Shown piece after piece: positions 1-56,200 of a DNA stretch of 64,000 nt. The DNA is from Heptranchias perlo (taxonomy: Eukaryota). The DNA lies in the NCBI RefSeq assembly GCF_035084215.1, contig NC_090344.1:48856001-48920000 (forward strand), given 5' to 3'. The position numbers were made by a program, and so were the translations under genes. How positions within the stretch are numbered: the stretch's first letter is position 1; the number at the start of each line of letters is the position of its first letter. The notes below the pieces were generated by a model, which saw only the letters and a list, made by a program, of their open reading frames with translations, was not told the origin of the DNA and ran no database searches.

Positions 1-1009
1 AAATTTACGAATGCTGTTAAGTGCTATCTGCTTTGGACCAACGCTAACCTTGCAGTGTAAATCTGAAGTCTGTCCTTGACCTAACTCTGCAGCGAAGTGG
101 AGTGAGACTCCCTGATGAGGACAGTCTCACATCTCTTTGGTTTGATGCCCCATAGATATCCGCAACAGTTTGTTGAAGAAGTCAAGTCTGAACAAGAGAT
201 TTTTATCGGTTTCAGCATCATCAGTCCCTCCCGTAAGCAGACTCCATGTCCTATCACCCCTCTGCTCGCTGACCTACATTGGCTCCCAGTCTGACAATAT
301 CTCATGGTTTGACACCTCTTTGGTTTGATGCCCCATGGAGAGTAAATGCATTGTGGTGTCAAACCAGGTTTATAAAGTGCTCAGGGAGTCCGCTGGACCT
401 GGGCACGTTTTAAGAAATGTTTAGAGAGCACAGAGTCTCTCCTCTGCATTCTAGTCATGTTAACATTTTTAACTGTGCAGAGAGAGCTTTTGCCTGCATG
501 TATCCAGGCATGCACAGGGCTCTCTCCTAAACAGGACAATTCGAGTTCCCACCAGGCAGCACCTTAGTAACGTAAGCTGGGCTCTGCCTGGCTGGAACCT
601 GAACTGCAGCTACTGACCGATGGCAGCAGGATAAACACAATATAAAATAGACTTAGGATTCCAGTTATTGAAATTTGGAAAACACAGATCAAAATCACTT
701 CACAAAATGAGAAGGGTACTCCTCGTTGTGGGATTGTAGTTGGATGTGGTTAAGAGGATCAGACTTGCTGTTGCACTGTTCTCAACTCTGCTACCCTATG
801 GTTACTGGTATCACTTAGCTACTATGCACAGTTAAAGCTGGAGGTACAATTTCATTTCAAGTGGATAAAACTCCCATGCTTCGGGGCTTTTTGGCATTTG
901 AGGTGCTGCAGCTGTGTTTAGATATCTGCAACAGTTTGTTCAAGAAGTCAGGTCTGAACAAGAGATTTTTATCAGTTTCAGCATCATCAGTCCCTCCTGT
1001 AAGCAGACT

Positions 1010-1228
1010 CCATGTCCTATCACCCCTCTGCTCGCTGACCGACATTGGCTCCCAGTCTAACAATGTCTCATTTTTAAAATTCTCATCCCCATGTTCAAAT
1101 CCCTCCATGGCCTCGCCCCTCCCTATCTCTGTAGCCTCCTCCAGCTCGACAGCCCTCTGAGATCTTTCCGCTCCTCCTCCAATTCTGGCCTCTTGCGCAT
1201 CCCTGATTTTTATCACTCCACCATTGAA
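1010..1228 (+). mobile_element. L2-type LINE 3' fragment
   Basis: Encodes ITPLLADxHWLPV...FKSLHGLAPPYLCSLL...RSSN, the C-terminus of L2 ORF2. Confidence 0.8.
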
Positions 1229-1924
1229 GCGATGGTGAAGTCAATGGAGAGAAATATCAGGAAGGGTGTAAAACCAGCATTCCACCCAATCCCATGTGTT
1301 TCCCGTCCGACGACTTCGGTTAAAATTACCCCGAGGGTATTCAACCACGGGGGAGTGGTCGGTACAGCTGCATCAGATCCTGTGCTCACTCAAAATCAAC
1401 AAGCGGACACAGCCAGCACAGGTCATTTAATGGTGAAGAGCAGTGAGAACCCTGGCTGACATTTGGTCCTGAGGTCAATTGTGGTAACTGTACCACTGAA
1501 CTGGGTGAGATCAGTTAACTGTGTACAGACTGGAGCCAATGTTCTCATTGGTAAACTTTATTTATTGGCTTAATGAAAAGCACGAAGAATTTCCAAGGAC
1601 AATTTGAATATGACGACGTGTTTCAGCTCTCTCAATGCTGGGTTTAATTCGTAATGCTTAAGTGTTACAGAGCAGTTGTTCGGGGCAGGTACACAACACC
1701 TGTAACAGCCAAAACTAGTCCCAGTAGTGACCGAACTTAAATGCTGTAATTGGTGGCACGTGTGAAGAAAGCATGACAGTGGTATTACTCAGCAACATAG
1801 TCAAGTGTGAGTGTTTACTGTAATGATTCGCAGCACCTGGCAAGAGCACAGAGGAGTCAGTGGCAAAGGATTTAATGTCCAACATTAGAATTGGCCTTAA
1901 ATAAAAGTGGAAAATGCTAGAAAT

Positions 1925-2170
1925 AAACAACAACAACAACTTGCATTTATATGGTGCCTTCAACGTAGTAAAACATCCCAAGGCACTTCACAGGAGCTTA
2001 ATCAGACAAACAAAATTGACGCTGAGCCAAAGAAGGAGGCATTCGGACAGGTGCCCAAACGCTTAGTCAAAGAGGTAGGTTTTAAGGAGTGAGCGGTGGA
2101 GAGGCGGAGAGGTTTATGGAGGTAATTCCAGAGCTTAAGGCTTAGACATCTGAAGGCACGGCCACCAATC
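1925..2170 (-). mobile_element. L2-type LINE 3' end
   Basis: Reverse complement resembles the 10250-10500 tail, ending tgcaagttgttgttg. Confidence 0.75.
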
Positions 2171-2959
2171 GACTTATCACCCCTTGAAAAGAGAGAGGAC
2201 AGGTTAATCTTTTGGGTGGAAACTGAGTTCTAACATAGAATCCATTTCCAAAATATTAACTGTCTTTTTTCTTTTCAGATGCTGATGCACCTGCTGTGTA
2301 TTCCCAGCATTTCCTGTATTTTTTATTTCAGATTTCCAGCAATCTCAATTTTTAAAAAAATCTCATTGGAAATGTGCTCAGTTGTAACACTCCTTCATTC
2401 AGAATTGTAGCCAGTCTGCAAGGTGAAGTAACTGTTTCTTGCAGATTTAAACAATTTAAAAGCATTGACCTGATTTTGAATCATTCTGCGCTATATTTGA
2501 TAATAGCTTCGAAAGAGTTAAAAGCTTATTTAACACTTCAGCTCTGGCCAACAATAGGGATGCTGATTCCTTTAAATAAACCTCTATTAATATCGTTTGA
2601 AGTAGCAGTGGCCTTCTACTCTAGCAGGTGTCGGATGGTCAGAAGTGCATTATTTTCCTATGTCTTGCATGCAAGAGCATTTGATCGTATCTAGACAACG
2701 GAAGCCTCTTGGATTGTCACTGGTGGAAAGAACCACTTTCAAATAGGGGAGCAGCAGAATTATTTGTGAGACTGTACATGCTCTAGGGCACAGATTAAGG
2801 CACAGCACATAACACTGCACAGCAGCTGTGCAAATCTCCCTTTGAATCTCTCTTTGCTGATACTTGTTCAGAGGCACAAAGAGATCGGTTTTAACTGTCC
2901 TGTATCTCAACTAGTTGCTGTGGATCCTCCCACTTCACTAATTTTCTGTCAAACGTTGA

Positions 2960-3147
2960 ACTTGCGGAAGGAAGTGAGCATGTGTCAACTTGAACGGAGA
3001 CTTTGAAAAATTAGAGCTGCTTGTTAGAAAAACAGGACAGAATAGAAAAGTCTTCACTGGTTAGGCCCCCCTTGGACAGCAACATAAGCCAACTTCTCAG
3101 GGAGCTGGCTTCGTAAGAGATGCAGTGACACACGCGAAGCCCGACGG
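2960..3147 (+). promoter_or_regulatory. Candidate promoter and non-coding first exon
   Basis: Tandem ETS cores CGGAAGGAAGTG (2965-2976), local CpGs and a strong donor CGG|gtaagt at 3147/3148, upstream of the acceptor at about 6518. A second strong donor CTG|gtaagt lies at 4304. Confidence 0.35.
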
Positions 3148-4554
3148 GTAAGTTCACAAACTTTACTTCAAACACTAACCTAATCGGCAGATTTAAGCAA
3201 AAACAAGGCCTTTTTTTCCATCAGGTAGTTAGTTGTCTTAAATGTTTTAGTAAGTGACAGTTTAAACACTGTCTGTGCAGTCTTTTAAAAGTAAAACTAC
3301 ACAAATCTCATCCAAATAAACCCCCTGGATTGAACATAGATGATATTTGTCGAAAAAAAAACTTCTGTTAAGTTGCGTGCAGTTAAAATTGACCTATTAC
3401 GGTCACACAGAAGTTCCCCCTGCCTCTCACCACATGTCACATTTACTGCCAGTCCTTCTTTGCTCTAGGTTTGATCCTTGAGACAGGTGATCTCTTGATA
3501 CAGGTGCCATGTCAGTAGGTTTCATGTATACTGCAGGCTGCATTGCCTCCCAGTGTAACACAGTCCCAATACCTGCACTCAAAGCAGGGAGCCAAGTCCT
3601 GGAAGTGAAATACTTCTCAAACATATACAAGTCAATCATTGTGGGTTTTACTTACTGAGAACAATCTCATTTCCGCCCGAGTGCCTCAACTAACTGGCTT
3701 CATTGGAGACAAATTGGGAACAAACGTTTTCTGTCTTCCTTAAAATTCCTAAGGGTAGAGACAAGTTACTATCAGACTGAAAGCAACGTATGTTACTTGG
3801 ATCAGAAATAGACTGACATTTCAATAGTGCATGTGGCTGAATTATAAAGAACCCTTATAAAATAACTTTACACTCCAGCCATTCTTCGAACAGATAAAAT
3901 ATAACCCCCACAGTTATAAAGATCAACCTTACAATTTGGAGGATCAAAATCCCCACTCCCAATCCCAACTTGTCCTGGTGTCAATGATAACATAGAAAGT
4001 GAACAGTAGTAAAGGTCACCTTGAGCAGCAACAGGAATAACAGATTGTTAACGCCAGGGCAGAGTTCGTACACAAGTGAAAGGTGAAGGAAGGTAACTCT
4101 GCAATCCCCTAATTTGCCCCAAACCTACAAGTTGTACAATAATATTTTTATAACAAGTCTGGTTTCATTTATGAGGTCGGAGGGGGTGTGACCTCAGAGA
4201 CATAATTTTTTTTCGTATTTGGGGGAAATAATTTTGTTGATTAATTGATTGTACGGAGGTTGCTTTTTGTGACCATTTTCTTCTTCTGTTCGAAGTGCGT
4301 ACTGGTAAGTCACACGACCTGGGGCAATATAAATTTTTATTTGTCCCTGCTGCTAAAACAAGCAAACCCACAAAATGAATCACATGAAGTGAGCAGCATT
4401 CTGAAGCCTTTTTATTTCGAAAGCCAGTGACATTACAAGGACAACACAGGGGTAACCATCTGCCTCAAACACAACATTTTCACTGAGACTTCACAATGAA
4501 TTTCAATTAATAACATTCTTTCTTTAATTTACAATTATATTAGGAATTATATTC

Positions 4555-4790
4555 AGGAGGAACTGTTTTACCCAGAGAGTGATTCGAATGTGGAGTAGTT
4601 GAGGCGAATAGCATAGACGCATTTAAGGGAAAGCTAGATAAACACATGAATGAGAAAGGAATAGAAGGATAGCCTGATAGGGTTGGATGAAGAGGGGTGG
4701 GAGGAGACTCGAGTGGAGCATAAACACAAGCATGGACCAGTTGGGCCAAATGGCCTGTTTCTGTGCTGTAAATTCTATGCAATTCTATGT
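4555..4790 (+). mobile_element. CR1 LINE 3' fragment
   Basis: CR1 3' UTR-like sequence with ttctatg tail repeats. A further decayed CR1 piece lies at about 4880-5340. Confidence 0.7.
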
Positions 4791-6617
4791 ATTAAAGTCC
4801 AGTAAAATGAGTGAAGATTAAACTATTAAATTTAATCCCAATAAAATGCAGTATTAGGAATATAAATATAGCTGTGAATGCAAAAATGAGATAAAAGGTG
4901 TAAAAACTTGAGGCTTTTTAGAATGAAATAGAGATGGTTAATGGTTGGGGGGGGATTTAATAGAAGTTTTCAAATTGATGAAAGATTTTGAGAGGATAAA
5001 CAGTGAAAGGTTGTTTCCTCAGATTGACGAATTAATAACGAGAGGGCATGGACTCCGAAGCTATCACTGGATGAACAAAGGGGGAAGTTAGGAAAATTTG
5101 TTCCAAACAGAGGAACATGGAATATTTGACCACAAGGGGCTATTGAGGCAGAAACCATAACATCAATTAAACAAAAACTGGATAGGTATTTGAAAAGAAA
5201 GAATATAAAAGGACAAGGAGAAAGGGCAGATAAATAGGATTAGAATGGGCAGCTCCAGTTGAAGGAGGTGCAGGTGCAATGGCACAGGTGCAATGGCCCA
5301 TGGCTTCTTTTTGTACTGTAATTTCTACAATTCTGTGAGTTGTATGATAATATTCTCTTAAATAATTGCTGTAGGAATTTGATGATGTGGTATTCCCTAT
5401 TTGCAATATTCCACAATGCAATAAGGGCACAGTTTAGCTCCTGTAGTTTGCTGTAGTTATCGTTATTCTGGAACTTTACATGGCCTCGCACTCGGAACTT
5501 CCCTTTGTAATTGCTGAAGTGTTGCAGTTTCTCAATAGGAAGTCGACTAGAACAACACCGGCTAGGTCAGATAATAGCTGAACTGTTGAAGAGAGGTTTA
5601 AATTTAATAATTAGAATCCACCTTCTCCTGTCTGTGATCTAGGCTAGAATTTCTTAACTGAACAAATAAAAATAACGATAATCTCTCCTCAGCAAAAAAA
5701 AATCACCATTAAGGAAATAAATATAAAAAGTTGTCTCTGCATTCCAAATATAATGGATTCCTCCATTACAACAGTGACTACACTTCATTGGCTGGAGAGC
5801 GCTTTGGGACATACTGAGGTCGTAAATGGGGCAATAGAAATGCAAGGTCTTTTTTTAAAAATTAATTTTAGCTCAAGTACCTCTTTAAAGGACATTGATC
5901 TGCAGGTTATTTGTGACACCCTCCAGCATGGTTTGGACCCCGCCTGCCATCACACCCTGGAACCCATTCTGTTTAACATTGCCACTGTCGCTTTCATTCA
6001 TTCACTTTAAATTAAAAGAATTTTATTTCATCGACCTACATCTTTTGGTGAAAGTACGTTTGAAACGTGGTCAATATGTTCTGGCTGAGGTGAAGCTCTG
6101 ACTGAGCTCTGCTGTGGGCCACTTTAACACTCGAATGCCAGTCACATACGATACGCTATTTGTTAAGCAAAAAGCAAAGGGAAATAAAATAGGTCAATGT
6201 CCTCCTGGAGGCATTTTATTCAGATTAAATTGAGATGTAAAGAGTTTACTGCCTCAAGTAGACAGTCATATTACTACCAGTAGGTCAGGAGGAACAAAGT
6301 GGCTTGAATCTTGACCTGCACTGAATCGGACGATTTATGCTCGAGTTGCACTCACTTAGGCCTCATTCATAGATCCTTTGCAGATCTGACAGTTGCCTTT
6401 TATCATTCTTCTTCCAAAAATATTAATTCTGGAAATTGTGCAAGACAACAAAAAAAATGTGAATTTGCTGATATGTTTGCACAAAGTTTTCACAGTCACT
6501 CTAATTATTATTTAGCAGATCACCATGGCAAAAAGCTGACTGCAACTTTCCAGAATCCACTGAAATCTTCCAAGCTGATCTTGTGTGACTTGGTCGTGTT
6601 CCCTTTGACACTTGAAG

Positions 6618-49356
<42,739 letters not shown>

Positions 49357-49496
49357 GTAAGGCTTTATAAAATGGGTTTTAGGTTTATATTTGGTGAACT
49401 TTTGTGCTCGTCAAGATGAGGGGGGTGGAGCTGGGGCACAGTTTCCACTTTAGGCACCAGTGTCCCGCCCTTCTGTACAGGTAACTAACAGGTCCT

Positions 49497-49572
49497 CGAG
49501 GGCAATTAGGGATGGGCAATAAATGCTGGCCTCGCCAGCGACGCCCACATCCCGTGAACGAATTAAAAAAAA
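49497..49572 (+). mobile_element. Very short 3' end of the LINE family at 13470-16180
   Basis: Matches 16108-16180, including the A-tail. Confidence 0.85.
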
Positions 49573-50264
49573 GGTTGTGTAAGAATAAAGCCCCCTTTAT
49601 ATTACCTGACCTCAGAAGAGCAGCCTCGACTGCACCATTGTCATTCTTGTGGCCTCGTTGAGCAAGATCGTAAATTTAGTGCCAATTTGGCTGAGTTGCA
49701 GGCAGTTGTGTGCTGTGAGCCCACACCCACGAGAAACCAGGACCCTGAATTGCACCAGGCAGTACTGGTGGACAAAATCTAAACACCTCCATTTGAAATG
49801 CCTCTCTCAACTAACACGGTGGAGGCATTAACCCATTTATTTTAAGAAGGTTGCATTTATATGCTCGTATCCCAAGGGCCCAGATTGTGAATGTACAAAC
49901 TCACTTCATGCAACACCCCAACAGCCAGTGGCGAGATGGGTGTCGGGTTACCCCAGACGTGAAGAAGCATTGTGACCTGCCGTATCAACCAATCCGAATT
50001 CAGTTATTTTTCATTTTTTTAAAGTTGTTTATTACAAATTGGCTGGAAAATGCAAAAAGAAAACATGTGAGTCCATTTGTTAAAGTAATTGTATAAATAA
50101 ATTCAAAACTCAAAAAGTAATAATGGGACACCATAATCAGGACTGCACGAGTTACAGTAATTCTGAAAGGTTATTCAGATATTAAGGGAGAGGCTACTTC
50201 TGAACATCACTCTCTTCAGTCAACTCTGAACCCTGGGAATGTTTTGCTGTTGTAATGCCTATTG

Positions 50265-53200
50265 GAGGAGAAGGTGAAGGTGTAAGATGAGGAGAAGCCT
50301 GGTATTGGAGAAGGTGAAGGTGGAAGGGTGAGGAGAAGCCTGGTATTGGAGAAGGTGAAGGTGGAAGATGAGGAGAAGTCTGGTATTGGAGAAGGTGAAG
50401 ATGTAAGGGTGAGGAGAAGCCTGGTATTGGAGAAGGTGAAGGTTTAAGATGAGGAGAAGCCAGGTATTGGAGAAGGTGAAGGTTTAAGATGAGGAGAAGC
50501 CTGGTATTGGAGAAGGTGAAGGTGGAAGATGAGGAGAAGCCAGGTATTGGAGAAGGTGAAGATGTAAGATGAGGAGAAGCCTGGTATTGGAGAAGGTGAA
50601 GGTGGAAGATGAGGAGAAGCCTGGTATTGGAGAAGGTGACGGTGTAAGATGAGGAGAAGCCTGGTATTGGAGAAGGTGAAGGTGGAAGATGAGGAGAAGC
50701 CTGGTATTGGAGAAGGTGAAGGTGGAAGATGAGGAGAAGTCTGGTATTGGAGAAGGTGAAGGTGGAAGATGAGGAGAAGTCTGGTATTGGAGAAGGTGAA
50801 GGTTTAAGATGAGGAGAAGCCTGGTATTGGAGACGGTGAAGATGTAAGATGAGGAGAAGCCTGGTATTGGAGAAGGTGAAGGTGGAAGATGAGGAGAAGC
50901 CTGGTATTGGAGAAGGTGAAGGTTTAAGATGAGGAGAAGCCTGGTATTGGAGACGGTGAAGATGGAAGATGAGGAGAAGCCTGGTATTGGAGAAGGTGAA
51001 GGTAGAAGATGAGGAGAAGCCAGGTATTGGAGAAGGTGAAGGTGGAAGATGAGGAGAAGCCAGGTATTGGAGAAGGTGAAGGTAGAAGATGAGGAGAAGC
51101 CAGGTATTGGAGAAGGTGAAGGTGGAAGATGAGGAGAAGCCAGGTATTGGAGAAGGTGAAGGTGGAAGATGAGGAGAAGTCTGGTATTGGAGAAGGTGAA
51201 GGTGGAAGATGAGGAGAAGCCTGGTATTGGAGAAGGTGAAGGTGTAAGATGAGGAGAAGCCTGGTATTGGAGAAGGTGAAGGTGGAAGATGAGGAGAAGC
51301 CTGGTATTGGAGAAGGTGAAGGTGGAAGATGAGGAGAAGCCTGGTATTGGAGAAGGTGAAGGTGGAAGATGAGGAGAAGCCTGGTATTGGAGAAGGTGAA
51401 GATGTAAGGGTGAGGAGAAGCCTGGTATTGGAGAAGGTGAAGGTGGAAGATGAGGAGAAGCCTGGTATTGGAGACGGTGAAGGTTTAAGATGAGGAGAAG
51501 CCTGGTATTGGAGACGGTGAAGATGGAAGATGAGGAGAAGCCTGGTATTGGAGAAGGTGAAGGTGGAAGATGAGGAGAAGCCTGGTATTGGAGAAGGTGA
51601 AGGTGGAAGATGAGGAGAAGCCTGGTATTGGAGAAGGTGAAGGTGGAAGATGAGGAGAAGCCTGGTATTGGAGAAGGTGAAGGTTTAAGATGAGGAGAAG
51701 CCTGGTATTGGAGACGGTGAAGGTTTAAGATGAGGAGAAGCCTGGTATTGGAGAAGGTGAAGGTTGAAGATGAGGAAAATCCTGGTATTGGAGAAGGTGA
51801 AGGTGGAAGATGAGGAGAAGCCTGGTATTGGAGAAGTGAAGGTGGAAGATGAGGAGAAGCCTGGTATTGGAGAAGGTGAAGGTAGAAGATGAGGAGAAGC
51901 CTGGTATTGGAGAAGTGAAGGTGGAAGATGAGGAGAAGCCTGGTATTGGAGAAGGTGAAGGTGGAAGATGAGGAGAAGTCTGGTATTGGAGAAGGTGAAG
52001 GTGGAAGATGAGGAGAAGCCTGGTATTGGAGAAGGTGAAGGTGTAAGATGAGGAGAAGCCTGGTATTGGAGAAGGTGAAGGTGTAAGATGAGGAGAAGCC
52101 TGGTATTGGAGAAGGTGAAGGTGGAAGATGAGGAGGAGCCTGGTATTGGAGACGGTGAAGATGGAAGATGAGGAGAAGCCTGGTATTGGAGAAGGTGAAG
52201 GTGGAAGATGAGGAGAAGCCTGGTATTGGAGAAGGTGAAGGTGGAAGATGAGGAGAAGCCTGGTATTGGAGAAGGTGAAGGTGGAAGATGAGGAGAAGCC
52301 TGGTATTGGAGAAGGTGAAGATGTAAGGGTGAGGAGAAGCCTGGTATTGGAGAAGGTGAAGGTTTAAGATGAGGAGAAGTCTGGTATTGGAGAAGGTGAA
52401 GGTTTAAGATGAGGAGAAGCCTGGTATTGGAGAAGGTGAAGGTGGAAGATGAGGAGAAGCCTGGTATTGGAGAAGGTGAAGGTGTAAGATGAGGAGAAGC
52501 CTGGTATTGGAGAAGGTGAAGGTTTAAGATGAGGAGAAGCCTGGTATTGGAGAAGGTGAAGGTTTAAGATGAGGAGAAGCCTGGTATTGGAGAAGGTGAA
52601 GGTTTAAGATGAGGAGAAGCCTGGTATTGGAGAAGGTGAAGGTGGAAGATGAGGAGAAGCCTAGTATTGGAGAAGGTGAAGGTTTAAGATGAGGAGAAGC
52701 CTGGTATTGGAGACGGTGAAGGTTTAAGATGAGGAGAAGCCTGGTATTGGAGAAGGTGAAGGTGGAAGATGAGGTGAAGCCTGGTATTGGAGAAGGTGAA
52801 GGCTTAAGATGAGGAGAAGCCAGGTATTGGAGAAGGTGAAGGTGGAAGATGAGGAGAAGCCTGGTATTGGAGAAGGTGAAGGTGGAAGATGAGGAGAAGC
52901 CAGGTATTGGAGAAGGTGAAGGTGGAAGATGAGGAGAAGCCTGGTATTGGAGACGGTGAAGGTTTAAGATGAGGAGAAGCCTGGTATTGGAGAAGGTGAA
53001 GGTGTAAGATGAGAAGCCTGGTATTGGAGAAGGTGAAGGTGGAAGATGAGGAGAAGCCAGGTATTGGAGAAGGTGAAGATGTAAGGGTGAGGAGAAGCCT
53101 GGTATTGGAGAAGGTGAAGGTGGAAGATGAGGAGAAGCCTGGTATTGGAGAAGGTGAAGGTGGAAGATGAGGAGAAGTCTGGTATTGGAGAAGGTGAAGG

Positions 53201-56200
53201 TTTAAGATGAGGAGAAGCCTGGTATTGGAGAAGGTGAAGGTTTAAGATGAGGAGAAGCCTGGTATTGGAGACGGTGAAGGTGGAAGATGAGGAGAAGCCT
53301 GGTATTGGAGAAGGTGAAGGTGGAAGATGAGGAGAAGCCTGGTATTGGAGAAGGTGAAGGTTTAAGATGAGGAGAAGCCTGGTATTGGAGACGGTGAAGA
53401 TGGAAGATGAGGAGAAGCCTGGTATTGGAGAAGGTGAAGGTGGAAGATGAGGAGAAGCCTGGTATTGGAGAAGGTGAAGGTGGAAGATGAGGAGAAGCCT
53501 GGTATTGGAGAAGGTGAAGGTGTAAGATGAGGAGAAGCCTGGTATTGGAGAAGGTGAAGGTGGAAGATGAGGAGAAGCCTGGTATTGGAGAAGGTGAAGG
53601 TTTAAGATGAGGAGAAGCCTGGTATTGGAGACGGTGAAGATGGAAGATGAGGAGAAGCCTGGTATTGGAGAAGGTGAAGGTGGAAGATGAGGAGAAGCCT
53701 GGTATTGGAGAAGGTGAAGGTGGAAGATGAGGAGAAGCCTGGTATTGGAGAAGGTGAAGGTGGAAGATGAGGAGAAGCCTGGTATTGGAGAAGGTGAAGG
53801 TTTATGATGAGGAGAAGCCTGGTATTGGAGAAGGTGAAGGTGGAAGATGAGGAGAAGCCTGGTATTGGAGAAGGTGAAGGTTTAAGATGAGGAGAAGCCT
53901 GGTATTGGAGACGGTGAAGGTGGAAGATGAGGAGAAGCCTGGTATTGGAGAAGGTGAAGGTTTAAGATGAGGAGAAGCCTGGTATTGGAGACGGTGAAGG
54001 TGGAAGATGAGGAGAAGCCTGGTATTGGAGAAGGTGAAGGTGGAAGATGAGGAGAAGCCTGGTATTGGAGACGGTGAAGGTTTAAGATGAGGAGAAGCCT
54101 GGTATTGGAGAAGGTGAAGGTGGAAGATGAGGAGAAGCCTGGTATTGGAGAAGGTGAAGGCTTAAGATGAGGAGAAGCCAGGTATTGGAGAAGGTGAAGG
54201 TTTAAGATGAGGAGAAGCCTGGTATTGGAGAAGGTGAAGGTTTAAGATGAGGAGAAGCCTGGTATTGGAGACGGTGAAGGTTTAAGATGAGGAGAAGCCT
54301 GGTATTGGAGAAGGTGAAGGTTTAAGATGAGGAGAAGCCTGGTATTGGAGACGGTGAAGGTTTAAGATGAGGAGAAGCCTGGTATTGGAGAAGGTGAAGG
54401 TGGAAGATGAGGAGAAGCCTGGTATTTGAGAAGGTGAAGGCTTAAGATGAGGAGAAGCCTGGTATTGGAGAAGGTGAAGGTTTAAGATGAGGAGAAGCCT
54501 GGTATTGGAGACGGTGAAGGTTTAAGATGAGGAGAAGCCTGGTATTGGAGAAGGTGAAGGTGGAAGATGAGGAGAAGCCTGGTATTGGAGAAGGTGAAGG
54601 CTTAAGATGAGGAGAAGCCAGGTATTGGAGAAGGTGAAGGTGGAAGATGAGGAGAAGCCTGGTATTGGAGAAGGTGAAGGTGGAAGATGAGGAGAAGCCA
54701 GGTATTGGAGAAGGTGAAGGTGGAAGATGAGGAGAAGCCTGGTATTGGAGACGGTGAAGGTTTAAGATGAGGAGAAGCCTGGTATTGGAGAAGGTGAAGG
54801 TGTAAGATGAGGAGAAGCCTGGTATTGGAGAAGGTGAAGGTGGAAGATGAGGAGAAGCCAGGTATTGGAGAAGGTGAAGATGTAAGGGTGAGGAGAAGCC
54901 TGGTATTGGAGAAGGTGAAGGTGGAAGATGAGGAGAAGCCTGGTATTGGAGAAGGTGAAGGTGGAAGATGAGGAGAAGTCTGGTATTGGAGAAGGTGAAG
55001 GTTTAAGATGAGGAGAAGCCTGGTATTGGAGAAGGTGAAGGTTTAAGATGAGGAGAAGCCTGGTATTGGAGAAGGTGAAGGTGGAAGATGAGGAGAAGCC
55101 TGGTATTGGAGACGGTGAAGGTGGAAGATGAGGAGAAGCCTGGTATTGGAGAAGGTGAAGATGTAAGGGTGAGGAGAAGCCTGGTATTGGAGACGGTGAA
55201 GGTTTAAGATGAGGAGAAGCCTGGTATTGGAGAAGGTGAAGGTGGAAGATGAGGAGAAGCCTGGTATTGGAGAAGGTGAAGGTTTATGATGAGGAGAAGC
55301 CTGGTATTGGAGAAGGTGAAGGTGGAAGATGAGGAGAAGCCTGGTATTGGAGAAGGTGAAGGTTTAAGATGAGGAGAAGCCTGGTATTGGAGACGGTGAA
55401 GGTGGAAGATGAGGAGAAGCCTGGTATTGGAGAAGGTGAAGGTTTAAGATGAGGAGAAGCCTGGTATTGGAGACGGTGAAGGTGGAAGATGAGGAGAAGC
55501 CTGGTATTGGAGAAGGTGAAGGTGGAAGATGAGGAGAAGCCTGGTATTGGAGACGGTGAAGGTTTAAGATGAGGAGAAGCCTGGTATTGGAGAAGGTGAA
55601 GGTGGAAGATGAGGAGAAGCCTGGTATTGGAGAAGGTGAAGGCTTAAGATGAGGAGAAGCCAGGTATTGGAGAAGGTGAAGGTTTAAGATGAGGAGAAGC
55701 CTGGTATTGGAGAAGGTGAAGGTTTAAGATGAGGAGAAGCCTGGTATTGGAGACGGTGAAGGTTTAAGATGAGGAGAAGCCTGGTATTGGAGAAGGTGAA
55801 GGTTTAAGATGAGGAGAAGCCTGGTATTGGAGAAGGTGAAGGTTTAAGATGAGGAGAAGCCTGGTATTGGAGAAGGTGAAGGTGGAAGATGAGGAGAAGC
55901 CTGGTATTGGAGAAGGTGAAGGTGTAAGATGAGGAGAAGCCTGGTATTGGAGAAGGTGAAGGTTTAAGATGAGGAGAAGCCTGGTATTGGAGAAGGTGAA
56001 GGTTTAAGATGAGGAGAAGCCTGGTATTGGAGAAGGTGAAGGTTTAAGATGAGGAGAAGCCTGGTATTGGAGAAGGTGAAGGTGGAAGATGAGGAGAAGC
56101 CTAGTATTGGAGAAGGTGAAGGTTTAAGATGAGGAGAAGCCTGGTATTGGAGACGGTGAAGGTTTAAGATGAGGAGAAGCCTGGTATTGGAGAAGGTGAA

